Assembly: GCF_009914755.1 (NCBI RefSeq)
Contig: NC_060932.1
DNA: 64,000 nt
Direction: 5' to 3' (one strand)
Source: the human T2T-CHM13v2.0 reference genome, Homo sapiens
Below are positions 1 through 13,405 of the stretch, piece after piece. Each line of letters begins with the position of its first letter. The first letter of the stretch is position 1. The notes below the pieces were generated by a model. That model did no database searches. It was given only the letters and a program-made list of their open reading frames with translations, and was not told where the DNA came from. A program made the position numbers and the translations under genes.

Positions 1-600
1 TATAATGAATATCATTTACTGTTGGCTGAGAAGTTGGTCATAAATTTATTTGCTTTTATAGATTCTTTCCTTAGGTGATCTGTCTTTTTGAGTACTTTTC
101 TGATCTTCTCTTTATCTTCACTTGTTTACAGCTTCTTTTTTTGCTTAGTGTAGATTTATTTTAATTATCCAGTTTAGGGTTTATTGGGCCTCCTAGATTT
201 AAGGTTTACTATCTTTCAACATTTCTGTAAAATACTCAGCCATTACCTTTTTTAAAAACCATATTGTCTCTTCCCCATTCTCTATTATCTCTCTCGAGCC
301 CAATAAGACATATGCTATGTCTTCTCACTCAGACCTCTCTATCTCTAACTTCATTTTAAAAGTTTCATTATTTTTCAATCTGGGCTTACATCCTAAACTA
401 TCTTGTTATGTATCTTCCATTTCCTTAATTCTCTCTTCAACTGCATCTAATGTGCTTTTTAACATGTTTAGTGAGTTTTGTACTTCAACAATTTGTCATT
501 TCTGTGATTTTCATTTTTCTTTAAAATCTACTTGTTGCTGATGCTTTCTCATAGTTTATCTTCATGATTTCATAAGTGTGTTTTTAAACATTTTATACAT

Positions 601-1690
601 TATCAGGGGAACCAGCCCCTGATAATTCAACGTAGGTTCTTTTCTATTTTCCCTAAGTGTCGGCTGGTCTTAGAAATAAAGAGAAAGGCTACAAAAGAGA
701 GAAATATTAAAGCTGGGTGTCTGGGGGAGACATCACATGTTGGCAGGTTCTGTGATGCCCCCTGAGCTGTAAAACCAGCAAGTCTTTATTAGCAATTTTC
801 AAAGGGGAGGGAGTGTATGAATAGGGTGTGGGTCACAGAGATCACATGGTTCAAGGGCAACAAAAGATCACAAGGCAGAAGGTCAGGGTGAGATCACAAG
901 GTCAGGGTGAAACTAGAATTACTAATGAAATTCCGTGTCCCGCTGTGCACTCATTGTCATTGATAAACATCTTAACAGGGTTCAAGAGGAGAGAACCAGT
1001 CTGACTAGAATTCGCCAGGCTGGAATTTCCTAATCCTAGCAAGCCTGGGGGCGCTGCAGGAGGCCAGGACGTGTTTCATCCCTTACCTGCAACTGCATAA
1101 GGCGGACACCCCCAGAGCGGCCATTTTAGAGCCCCCCCCCCCCCCCCCCGGAATGCATTCTTTTCCCAAGGCTGTTAATTATTAATATTCCTTACTGGGG
1201 AAATAATTCAGTGATATTCCTCTTACCCGTTTTCAGTAATAAGAGAAATATGGCTCTGTCCTGCCCGGCCCACAGGCAGCCAGACTTTAAGGCTATCTCT
1301 CTTGTTCCCTGAAAATCGCTGTTTTCCTGTTCTTAAGGTGCCCAGATTTCATATTGTTCAAACACACATGCTTTACAAACAATTTGTGCAGTTAAAGCAA
1401 TCATCACAGAGTCCTGAGGCGACATACATCCTCAGCTTATGAAGATGATGGGATTAAGAGATTAAAGTAAAGACAGGCATAGGAAATTGTAAGTATTGAT
1501 TGGGGAAGTGATAAATGTCCATGAAATCTTCACAATTTATGTTCAGAGATTGCAGTAAAGACAGGCATAAGAAATTATAAAAGTATTAATTTGGAGAACT
1601 AACAAATGTCCATGAAATCTTCACAATTTATGTTCTTCCATCAGGGTTTCAGCAGGTCCTTCCATTTGGGGTCCCTGACTTCCCGCAACA
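601..1690 (-). mobile_element. MER11 solo LTR (ERVK/HERV-K11 group), antisense to host gene
   Basis: Minus strand begins TGTTGCGGGAAGTCAGGGACCCC and ends TTCCCCTGATA, as in the recalled MER11 consensus. The characteristic internal ~85-bp duplication is at ~1466-1635. Perfect 6-bp TSD ATACAT at 595-600 and 1691-1696. Confidence 0.93.
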
Positions 1691-1927
1691 ATACATAGCT
1701 GTTTTATATTCTGTATTCTAATACCTTCAGTGCTTGAGGATATAAATGTTTTGTTCATTAATATTTTTGACTCTTATTAACAGTGGTTTATTTTCTGCAC
1801 TTCTTGCTGATTTTTTTGTTATGGGAAACATAAATGACAGATCATAATTTATGGGTGTCACATAACAATGAATTGGAGACTTTCTCAAAGTGACAACTTT
1901 TTTTCTGCTTTTTTCTCATGTCTAGAG

Positions 1928-2272
1928 CTAAGGTCCTCAACCTCTGGGCCGTGGACCAGTTCCATTCCATGGCTTGTTATGAACTGGGCCACACAAAAGG
2001 AGGTGAGCAGCAGGCAAGCAAGCATTACCACCTGAGCTCTGCCTACTGTCAGATCATTGGCAGCATTAGATTCTCAAAGGAACGCAAACCCTATTATGAA
2101 TTGTGCATACAAGGGATCTAGATTGTGCATGCTTTTATGAGAATTGAATTAATGCCTGATCATCTGAGGTGGAATGGTTTCATCCTGAAACCATTCCTCC
2201 ACCCCCCAAATCCGTGGAAAAATTGTCTTCCACAAAACCAGTTCCTGGTGCCATAAAGACTGGGGATTGTTG
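1928..2272 (+). mobile_element. MER1B hAT-Charlie MITE
   Basis: Follows the recalled MER1B consensus along its length (AGGTCCTCAACC...CAGATCA...GGCAGCATTAGATTCTCA...CCGTGGAAAAATTGTCTTCCACAAAACC...TGGGGATTGTTG), with degenerate terminal inverted repeats. Confidence 0.9.
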
Positions 2273-3879
2273 GTCTTCACAAGAAAGTCTAAGGCTCATC
2301 TATCTCTCTTTCCTGGTGTCCCAAGTTTCAGAATCCCAGTTACATTTTTTTTTGGCGGATGGGCGGGGGGGCAACAGAACTTATTTTTTAATGTTTCCTT
2401 TTCTAGCTGTTACTAGTTTCACAAATTTTCAGGAATTATTTTGGTGTTTATTTCTGTATTTTAAAATAACATAGCTTTTCTTGGTTTTTCCTGAATATTC
2501 ATTTTGGAGCATTATTTATTGACTTCTTACTGTGGAAAATAATAATTGGCTATCTTTCACTTTCTCCAACCTTCATCACATGTTCTTATTTGCTCATACT
2601 CCCAATATTATTATATCCTAAATTTGATTGATTACATTGTTTATTCATTATTTCAGAATTTATATCATTCCATTTATTAACACTATTCACATCTAACTGA
2701 GGATCACTTTTGTCTTCTGAATCCAAAGTCTTCTTTCTTCGTGTAATTCACTTTTCTTTTAGTGAATGCTTTCTTTATTGTATTTTATGTGGTATTTATA
2801 TGATATTAGTTATAGAACAAATTACAGTTCAAGGGGCTCATTTGACAGAAAGAAATTCATAGTAATTTAAATCTAATTTTAATTTTATTTATCTACGTAG
2901 GTTTTAGAAAGATCTTTTAACCCTTGAGATTGAATTATATATTCCTGAATTTAAATAAACCTTTTAAATTCTCTAAATCTTGTTCAGTTAATTGCTTTAA
3001 AATCAAAAGGTCTTAATAAACAATTTTTCATATTGGGGGAAAATTCTCTTTCTTACATAGTAACTTTTTCGGGAGAATGAGTTGTTATAAAATAAGAATA
3101 CAGTGCAAATTAAATCTTACTGTATATATCGTACTACTTTATTCTTGTTAGTCTGTGGAGATGACAGTCTTTGCTGTAGTAGAGCTGCCAGAATTGTTTG
3201 AAAACTGGATATCATATTGGGAAAGTCCTATTTATTTCTCTTAATATAGTATTTTTATACCTTTATTCTGTGTATAAGTGATACTTGGGAAGTAGAAGAA
3301 TTTAGGTCCTTATGAGAAATTTGCAATCTATGAAAGTAAGAAATATATGTTAAATTGTATATTATATATTAAATTGGATTTTCAGTTGACTTTAATTATG
3401 ACTCCCATTTTGCAATCATCTTGTGTTTGCTTAGCTTTTCTGTGTCTTTCTTTTCTGACATCTGCTTGAGTGAATCATTGCTCAACAGTACACATATTGG
3501 TCCTTGGGAGGGCACATGCTTTTGTTGTCTGAGCATGCTGCCTAAGGATTTATACTGGTTCTGGGCCCATGGAAAAAATAGAACTACATGGTAGAATAGG
3601 AGTATACATGGCAAATTTTGGTTATTTGAAGATTCTGTGGAAAGCTTTGAAAAAAAGATAAATTTCTTTTTCTCTTACTTTTTCTCCTTCATCCTTTTAT
3701 CTGTCTTTTTATATATCAGTTTTCATAGGGCTTGTTATTAATACTAATTTTCCCAATTTAAATAATCTATAACATTATAGAACAAATGTACTATTTTCAG
3801 TTATCCTGAGAACCAGCTATGGTTTATTCTGACATATACTTTTTGTAGCCCCCTACCATCAGGCAGATACTTTTTCTTT

Positions 3880-5940
3880 CTTTTTTTTTTTTTAAAAAAA
3901 AAAAGACTTTTATTTTAGGTTCAGGGATACAAGTGCCTGTTTATAATATAGGTAAGCTTGTGTCATGGGGATTTATTGTGCAGATTATATTACCACCCAG
4001 GTACTAAAAAATAAACCAATGGTTATTTTTATCTGATCCTCTCCCTTCTCCCACCCTTCACCCTCCACCCTCTGATAGGCCCCAATGTCTGTTTTTCTCC
4101 TCTATGTGTCCATGTGTTCTCATCATTTAGCTGCCACTAATAAGTGAGAACATGTGGTATTTTGTTTTCTGTTCCTGCATTAGTTTGCTAAGGATAATGG
4201 CCTCCAGCTTTATCCATGTTCCTGCAAAGGACATGATCTTGTTCTTTTTTATGGCTGCATAGTATTCCATTGTATATATGTAACACATTTCCATTATCCA
4301 GTCTGCCATTGATGGGCATTTAGGTTGATTCCATGTCTTTGCTATTGTGAATAGTGCTGTGGGGAACATACGTTTGCATGTGTCTTTACGGTAGAATCAT
4401 TTATATGGTTTTGGGTATATACCTTGTAATGGGGTGGCTGGGTTGAATTGCAGTTCTGTTTTTAGCTCTTTGAGGAATCGCCACACTGTTTTCCACAATG
4501 GTTGAACTAATTTACACTTCCACCAACAGTGTATAAGTATTGCCTTTTCACCACAATCTCGCCAACATCTGTTATTTTTTGACGTTTTAATAATAGCTGT
4601 TCTATCTGGTGTGAGATGGCATCTCATTGTGGTTTTGATTTGCATTTCTCTAATGATCAATGATGTTGAGTTTTTTTTCATATGCTTGTTGGCCATATGT
4701 ATATCTTCTTTTGAAAATTGTCTGTTCATGTCCTTTGCCCACTTTTCAATGGACTTGCTTTTTTTTTTCTTGTAGATTTCTTTATGTTCCTTATAGATGC
4801 TGGATATTAGATCTTGGTCAGACGCAGAGTTTGCAAAAATTTTCTCCCATTCTGGCATTTTCTCCCATGCCATTCCCATTATGGCATTGTCATCATGAAA
4901 TCTTTGCCTGTTCCTGTGTCCAGAATGATTATCTACATTGTCTTCTAGGACTTTTATAGTTTTGAGTTTTTATTTAAGTCTTTGATCCATCTTGGGTTGA
5001 TTTTTGTATATGGTCTAAGGAAGAGGTCCAGTTTCAATTATTTGCTTATGGTTAGCCAATTCCAGCACCATTTATTGCGTAGGGAATCCTTTTCCCCATT
5101 GCCTGTTTTTTTCAGGTTTGTTGAAGATAAGATAGTTGTAGGTGTGTGGTCTTTTTTCTTGGCTGTCTATTCTGTTCCATTGGTTTATGTGTCTGCTTTT
5201 GTAAAGGTGTCATGCTGTTTTGGTTACTATAGTCTTGTAGTATAGATTGAAATTGGGTAATGTGATGCCTCCAGCTTTGTTCTTTTAGCTTAGGATTGCC
5301 TTGACTACTCAAGCTCTTTTTTCATTTCATATGAATTTTTAAATAGTTTTTTCTAGTTCTGTGAAGAGTGTCATTGGTAGTTTGATAGGAACAGCATTGA
5401 ATCTGTAAATTGCTTTGGACAGAATGGCCCTTTTAATGATATTGATTCGTCCTATCCATGAGCATGGAATGTTTTTCCATTTGTTTCTGTCATCTCTTTG
5501 AGCATGTTTTATAGTTCTCATTGTAGGGATCTTTCACCTCCCTGGTTAACTGTCTTCCTAAGAATTTGATTCTTTTTTTGGCAAATGTGAATGGATTGCA
5601 TTCCTGATTTGGCTCTCAACTTGACAGTTGTTAGTGTATAGGAATGCTAATGATTTTTGTATGTTGAATTTGTATCCTAAGACTTCACTGAAGTTCCTTA
5701 TCAGCTTAAGGAGTTTTTAGGCCAAAACTATGGTATTTTCTAGATACATATTTTCATGTTGTCTGCAAAGATAGTTTGGCTTTCTCTCTTCCTATCTGGA
5801 TAGCCTTTATTTCTTTCTCTTTCCTGATTGCTCTGGCCAGGATTTCCAGTACTGTGTCTGATAGCAGTGGTGAGAGAGGGCATCTTGTTTTGTGCCAGTT
5901 TTCAAGGGGAATGCATCAGCTTTTCCCCATTCAGTATGAT
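3880..5940 (-). mobile_element. 5'-truncated older primate L1 (L1PA13-16-like): 3' UTR and ORF2 C-terminal part, with internal deletions
   Basis: T-rich tail followed by L1 3' UTR. Minus-strand ORFs 4127-4369, 4397-4879 and 5339-5521 translate to decayed L1 ORF2p ([25 protein letters not shown]). Confidence 0.9.
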
Positions 5941-6472
5941 GGCATATTTCCTATATGCTACGGGTTTGGCTGATAACAAAATTGACAAATATCCCTTCCC
6001 TTATGTTTCATATATCCTAGTGGAGCTAATAATATTTGTATTAAAATATATGTACAATTACAGAAACTTATTTACAGATGTATATAACCCGCACATAAAT
6101 TGAGAATTGTATACTCTGCTTTAGGTAAGTTCTATTCGAACTACTTTTCATCAGAAAGGGACAAAAATAGGTTAGTTAGTTGGTTGGAATTGCAGCCTGT
6201 TACACTTCCGCTTTGTGTTTTATGTCAGAATGTTGGCCTGCATTTAATCTAGGCTGCCCTTTCTCTTTGCTTTTGAACATTAAAAGTTGTAATTTTTAAT
6301 GATTTTTTGAATGATTATAATACCTTCTTTCAAATCATGAATCAATTTTTTAATATAATGAAAAAGTTATTTAGGAATATTTTACCTAAAGTATTCCATT
6401 TTCAGGGCCAATATAAAAATTGTTCTTTGCCTAAAAAGTTGAGCTTATTATTATATTTTATGGACAAATGTA

Positions 6473-7152
6473 CTTTTAATGAGATGTAATTCACTTTCTA
6501 TACAATTATTTTATATTGTGTGATTCAATGTTTTATAGTATATTCACCAGGTTGTACAATCATTTTCTAATTTCAGAATATTTTTATCACTCTCAAACCA
6601 CATAGCTCTTAGCAGTTATTTCTACTCTCCCCTCTCACAGGCCCTGGTAACCACAAATCTACTTTTTGTCTCTATGTTTTTGCCTCTTCTGGCAATTTCA
6701 TATAAGTGGAATTCTAAAATATATGTTTTCTTTGTCAGGCTTATTTCACTTAATATAATGTTTTCGAGATTCATCAGTGCTGTAGCATGTATCAGTACTT
6801 CATTTCTTTTTATGGATAAATACTTTTCCATTGTTTGGAAATACCACATTTTGTTTATTCGTCAACTCATGGAAATTTATATTGATTTCACTTTTTGGCT
6901 GTTACGAATTATGCTGATATGAGCATTTGAATACAAGTTTTTGTGTGGGCATAAGTTTTCGGTGCCCACATTTCCTCAAAAAGACATATAGTTGCAGTAT
7001 GACCCAGTTATGCCATAGTATTTTCCAAAGTGGGTGTACCAGTTTACATTCCTACCAGCAATGTATCAGGGTTTGCATTCCTCCACATCCTTTCCAACGC
7101 TTGTTACTGTTTGTCTGTTATGTCATAGCTATCCTACATGGTGTAAAGTGAC
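6473..7152 (-). mobile_element. Old L1M (L1MB-like) 3' fragment
   Basis: ORF 6622-6849 (MWYFQTMEKYLSIKRNEVLIHAT) is a decayed L1 ORF2 C-terminus, with L1MB-type 3' UTR sequence. Confidence 0.75.
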
Positions 7153-7211
7153 AAATAGCTTATTGTTTTTTATGAGGACTTATGTAACAGTTTAAAAATC
7201 TTGTCTTTTAG

Positions 7212-7321
7212 GTGCTGTACTTCTTTGCAGTATACAAGGACTAGCAGTTAATATTGACCCAATCTTATATACGTGGCTCATCTATCAGCCTCAGAAACGA
7301 ACAAGTAGACATATGCAACAG
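7212..7321 (+). CDS. VPS13B: VPS13B internal coding exon (110 nt, phase 1 to 0; probably exon 20)
   Basis: Acceptor tcttgtcttttag|G and donor CAG|gtaaga. Translates (G)AVLLCSIQGLAVNIDPILYTWLIYQPQKRTSRHMQQ, recognised as VPS13B and in frame with the next exon. Confidence 0.96.
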
Positions 7322-7666
7322 GTAAGAGATTTTTAAATAATTTTTTCTGTTAACAAATATTTTTCTTATTCATTTAGTAGAATTATATATGTCTTTTGAT
7401 GGATTCTTTTTTAACAAATGTACTAGATTTCCTTTGTCTCCCCACCTTACCCCTTTCAAACAATTCCGTTCCCTTATTTTTGTATGAGAAATTGCATGTC
7501 AGTATAAAGTTTCTTTGATTATTAAAGGGGCTTTCTGTACAATGGCTTACAAAACAGAAACTAGTTTAGGAGTCCTATTTCACCAGTCTTCATTCTTTCA
7601 TAGTGTCTACATGTCCATTCTCATGGTGTGCAATACATAAGAATTGCTCAGTAAATGAATGTTGGC

Positions 7667-7982
7667 TTGTTTGTTTTGTTTTGAGACACAGTTTCACTCT
7701 GCCTCCCAGGCTGAAGTGCAGTGGCGTGATCTCGGCCCACTCCCTGGTTCAAGTGATTCTCTCGGGACTACCTCCCGAGTTCAAGTGATTCTTGTGCCTC
7801 ATCCTCCCAAGTAGCTGGGATTACAGGCATGTGCCACCATGCCCAGCTAATTTTTGTATTTTTAGTAGAGACAGGGTTTCACCTGTTGGCCAGGCTGGTC
7901 TTGAACTCCTGACCTCAAGTGATGTACCCACCTCAGCCTCCCAAAATGCTGGGATTGCAGGTATGAGCCACAGCGTCTGACC
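7667..7982 (-). mobile_element. AluS with an internal micro-rearrangement
   Basis: Antisense dimeric Alu with T-rich tail; GTTCAAGTGATTCT is duplicated internally. Confidence 0.92.
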
Positions 7983-8179
7983 AGCTTTTATTTTTATCTC
8001 TACATTTCCTTGTCATATTTAGGTTTTTTCAACAAACATGCATCGAATACCTAATCCTGGGATTGGGATGGTTGGTGCAAAAAAGGTTGGAATATGTGTT
8101 TGTTTAAAAAGGTATAAATTAGAAAGTAGTAAGTAGGCAATTATAGTTTCTAGAATACTTAAACATAATTCTGACAGTT

Positions 8180-8300
8180 TTATTATTTTCGTTTTAAAGA
8201 TGAAGAAACTGATGCTTATTGAGATTCATTTATGTATAGTCACACAGCTTTAAGTAAATGACAGAACTAAGAATTTTTGAGGCCAAATTCGTGCTTTATT
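8180..8300 (-). mobile_element. MIR fragment
   Basis: MIR core-like TTTTAAAGATGAAGAAACTGA...GTCACACAGCT...GACAGAAC. Confidence 0.6.
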
Positions 8301-9315
8301 GAATTATAATTTCCCATCAACTTAAGTATAATTTTGCAATATCCTATTTGGAATAGTTTTGTATCGTTTTTCTGAAGTAACTTCAAGCTAGTTGATGGGA
8401 GAAGAATACACAATTTTATAATTATGTAAGAATTAAAAAGTTTAACAAAAAAGTACTAAGGAGCACCTTTTAAAGGTTTTTCTTCACTTTGTCCTAATTT
8501 TATTTGAAACTTCTGCCATACCTGTCCCCATTTTTCCTTTTAATGAGTAGTTACAGAATATAAGGCAGTATGCTGTACACCATGGCCACAGAAATAAAAG
8601 TCATAGGTGAGAATATCCCTCCCTCTGAGAGTATTTAGTGTATTTGAGAATCTTAAGGGATATAGTAATGCCATTTTTAGTAATTAACTATGTAGATGTA
8701 TGTCCAGGATTATGTGAAAACAAGAGGAATAGTTCTCACAACCAGGGTAGTGTGTGAAAAGGAGGAATTAACAACTAAGCTGAGTATTCTAGGAGTGAGA
8801 CAGACAGAGAAGGTTGTTTTAGACTGAACTGTTTGAGCAAAGGCAAAGAAGATGCAAAAGCATGACAAGAAAGAGACTTCAGTGATTCCAGAATGGAGTC
8901 AAGTGTGTTCTTGTAGAGACTAGGAGAAATTGGAAACCAATTTCTGAAAAAAAATTTTGAATTTGTAGTCCTAGGTATTTGAGACTTCATTTTGAAGGGT
9001 AAAGAGGAGCTATAGGAAATTGGTATAAACAGAGCTGGATTTTAGAAAGTTTACTCTAGCAGAATATAGAGAATGGGTGATACAGAAGTTAGACTAATGG
9101 CAGTAACCAGTTGGGAATAATTTTCATTGTAAATTCTTGATTGGTTATTCTCTAAGTAATACAGTTATTTCCAGTGTACCATAGATATCCCTGAAGGTCA
9201 AGTAGAGTGTTCTAGCAGCTTAAGTAAATTAGACATTCATTTAATTGATACCAAGCATATTAAAATATTTTGATTTTTAACTTTTTAAAAAATTATAACT
9301 TTTAAAATGAACATA

Positions 9316-9662
9316 CAATCACGTGCCCCTTAATGATGGGGATACATTCTGAGAAATGCATCATTAGGCAATTTTGTTGTTGTGCAAACATCATAGAGTG
9401 TACTTATACAAACCTAGATGGTATGACCTGCTAGACATCTGGGCTGTAATCCATCTCTGGTATAGCCTATTGCTCCTAGGGTACAAACCTGTACAGAGTA
9501 TTACTGTACTGAATACCTTAGGCAATTGTAACACAAAGGTAAGTATTTGTATATCTAAACATAGAAAAGGTATAGTAAAAATATGCCATTATAATCTTAT
9601 GGAACCACCATCGTGTATGCAATCCATTGTTGACTGAAACATTGTTATGTGGCACATAATTA
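9316..9662 (-). mobile_element. Tigger3a (MER7A) TcMar MITE
   Basis: Matches the reverse complement of the recalled Tigger3a consensus (GGGGATACATTCTGAGAAATGC...CCTATTGCTCCTAGG...TCTAAACATAGAAAAGGTA). Flanked by TA dinucleotides. Confidence 0.88.
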
Positions 9663-9719
9663 TAGGTATATTTTTCGAATTCAGAAATAATGGCTTTATT
9701 TAGAAGCTAAACTACTTGC

Positions 9720-9992
9720 AATACCAATACTTTGGGAGGCAAGGTGGGAGAATTGCTTGAGCCCAGGAGTTCAAGACCAGCCTGGGGAACATAGCGAGAC
9801 TCTGTCTTTACAGAAAATAAAAATTAGCTCTGCGTGGTGGTGCAGGCCTATAGTCCCAGCTACACTGGAGGCTAAAGCAGGAGGATTGTTTGTGCCTGGG
9901 AGGTGGAGGCTGCAGTGAACAATGATCACACCACTGTACTCCAGCCTGGGCAAAAGGGCGAGACCCCATCTCTAAAAATAATAAGAATAAAA
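9720..9992 (+). mobile_element. AluJ (5' end eroded)
   Basis: J-type left arm TTGAGCCCAGGAGTTCAAGACCAGCC, A-rich linker, right arm and A tail. Confidence 0.9.
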
Positions 9993-10212
9993 GGTAAACT
10001 AACAAATACCATAACCCCACTCATTCAGAGTTACAAATAATGTTGGAGTATATGTCTCCATACCTAAATCTTTGCATTCATCTTTATTGACTTGGAATAT
10101 ATTTTTACAAGTGTAATTAGTAGCACTAGGCAAGTATTTTGCATTTTAGAAACATATTTTAAGACTTTTGTTGTATCACCAAATTGCTTCCAAAAAGGGT
10201 ATAAAATTTGCA

Positions 10213-10525
10213 TTTTCTTTTTCCTTTTTCTTTTTTTTCCACACAGGTTCTTGCTCTGTTGCCCAGGCTGAAGTGCAGTGCTGTGATCACAGGTCACTGC
10301 AGCCTTAACTTCGTGGGCTCAAGTGATCCTCTTTTCTAAGCCTCCTGAGTAGCAGGGACCACAGGCACCCACCACCATGCCTGGCTAATTAAAAAACAAT
10401 TTTTTTTGTAGAGGTGGTGTCTCACTATATTGCCCCGGCTCGTCTAAAACTCCTAGGTTCAAGTCATCTACCCACCTAAGCCTCCCAAAGTGCTGAGATT
10501 ACAGGCATGAACCCCATGTCCAGCC
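10213..10525 (-). mobile_element. AluJ
   Basis: Antisense dimeric Alu with J-type GGGCTCAAGTGATCCTC. Confidence 0.9.
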
Positions 10526-10759
10526 CAGTTTACATTTTGAACAGCAGTTGATAGCATTGTTATTTTACTACAGTTTGGCATACTTAAAAATATACTTTAA
10601 AAAATGTTCTTAATCTACTATTTTACTCTTGAATGTTCCCCCTGCCCCACCCCACCATGGAAAATCGAGAGAATTGCATAGTTGAGCCATATGTTTCCAT
10701 ACCCAGGTTCAATATTTATTAAGTCATGACCACTCATCCTTTTAAAATCTGTTAGGTGA

Positions 10760-11420
10760 AAAAAAAATGCCGATATACAAGTATTGGTGAAAATGTAGAG
10801 AATGATTACTATTGTTGTGAGTGAAAATTTGATAAATTTGTCAGTATCTAATAAAATTGAAAATTAGCCAACTTATAACCCCAAACTTTTACTTCTTGAT
10901 GTAGGTATGCTCTTAGAGTGAAATTCATAAAAGTAAGGAATACTGTGTAAGCCTGCTGTTGTGTAATCATTACAATAATGTGAAAATTTGAAAACCTAAA
11001 TGAAAATTTGTAAGAAGGTTGATAAAGTATGAAATATTCACAGGATATAACATTTATTAAAAATTATACAATAGACCTTAGTATGGATGTCTCAAAAATT
11101 GTAGTTGATGCAAAAGCAATTTCCCAATGATGTATGCAATATGAGGGCACTTATATATATTTTTCTAAAACTGCCCTTAATGTGTGTCTGTAAGTGAATG
11201 CAGGTGTAAAAATTAAGTTGAAGCATTTGTACTAATATCATAATAATGGTTGACTCTGGGAGGAAAGGGCAGTAGGTTGGCACTCAAAGGGGATTTTAGT
11301 TTTATCTATAATATTTTTTTAAAAAAGCAAATATGATAAACTGTTAATAGCCATTAATTATTGGTCATAATAGGTATGTTGTATTCTTTGTAACCCTCTA
11401 GTATTTTTTTAATTTGTTAA
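10760..11420 (+). mobile_element. Ancient L1M(E) 3' fragment
   Basis: Highly decayed L1 ORF2-end/3' UTR-like motifs (ACAAGTATTGGTGAAAATGTAGAG, GAAAACCTAAATG, TGGATGTCTCAAAAA). Confidence 0.55.
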
Positions 11421-11872
11421 ATTAATAATTAGTGAAAGATGGTTACGTTTTATAGGATGCAGCTATGAAAAGCTTTAGGTATTTTGGGATTATGGGACAT
11501 TTTTGGGTTAAAGATAGAACAGATCTGAGACTAGATTGCAACTGAAATTTGAGAAGAGCTACAGTACCAGAAGGAAAAAGAATATACAGAGGGTAATAGG
11601 AGGTTGTTAAAAATAAATACTACTTATTTTGATGTTTTTGACCAAGGTAGCCATATTTCTAGAATAGTGGAGGAAATCACTGGTCTTACTCCTTATTTGG
11701 TATCACTTAATGCCTGACATGCAGCATCTTTATTAGCAGTCATTCAACAAATATAGGTATTTTGTATACAGCTGTGTACAAGGCATACAAGAGCCTTACT
11801 CTTGTGTTAGAAAGTGGTTTTGTTTGGCCTTGGCCTTTTAATTCTTGCCTGTGTGAAAATACACTCAGAGTT

Positions 11873-12215
<343 letters not shown>

Positions 12216-12365
12216 TTAGTATTGTCAGTACCACGAAAATTTATTGGATCTATAAAATTTTATATGGATTTATAAAACTTTGTGCTTTCATTAGTTGCAT
12301 CTTTCAGCTATTGTGCTTGAATTTACACTGTATAGCACATAAATTTTCTCTAGTTACTTATTATA

Positions 12366-12772
12366 TAGTTGACCCTAGAAACAATGCAAGGGCTAGGGAC
12401 ACCAACTCCCTGCTTGGTCAAAAACCCGTGTATACCTTTTGAGTCCCCCTAAACTTAGCTAATAGCCTACTGTTGATCAGAGACCTTAATGATAACATAA
12501 ATAGTTAATTAACACATATTTTATATATGTGCTATATATGTTATTCTTACAATAAAGTAGATAAAAGAAAATGTTATTAAGAAAACCATAAGGAAGACAA
12601 AATACTATATAGGACGAAAGTAGATCATTCTTGAAGGTCTTCATGTTGAATAGTAGACTGAGGAGGAGGAAGAGGAGGGGTTCGTCTTGTCTCAGAAGTG
12701 GCAGAGGTGGAAGAAAATCCACATGTAAGTGAACTTATGTGGTTCAAACTTATATTATTCAAGGGCCAAGTG
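12366..12772 (-). mobile_element. Tigger2a (MER28) TcMar MITE
   Basis: Terminal inverted repeats (T)AGTTGACCCT and AAGGGCCAAGTG flanked by TA. Internal GAGGAGGAGGAAGAGGAGGGGTT matches the recalled consensus. Confidence 0.88.
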
Positions 12773-13044
12773 TATATTAATTTTAATCCTGAACTTGGTT
12801 GTACCTTTTTAGAGTTTGGATTGTATTCCAGGAATATAAATGGACAAAAATTCAAAGGATTATGGAGTCACTAAATATTAGAGTATAAGAGGTTTTCTAG
12901 TCCACCCCCCCTCCTTATTTTTTAGATGAGGAAATTTAAATGCATCAAAACTTAACAATATAAGGAGCATATCTCATCTAGGTCTTAAAAATGGTTTCCA
13001 ATTTAGATTTGTGTATTATCAGTTTGACTAAATACCAAATATAA

Positions 13045-13405
<361 letters not shown>

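Noticed and set aside
1466-1635. Novel ~85-bp tandem repeat
   Set aside because: It is an intrinsic feature of the MER11 LTR consensus.
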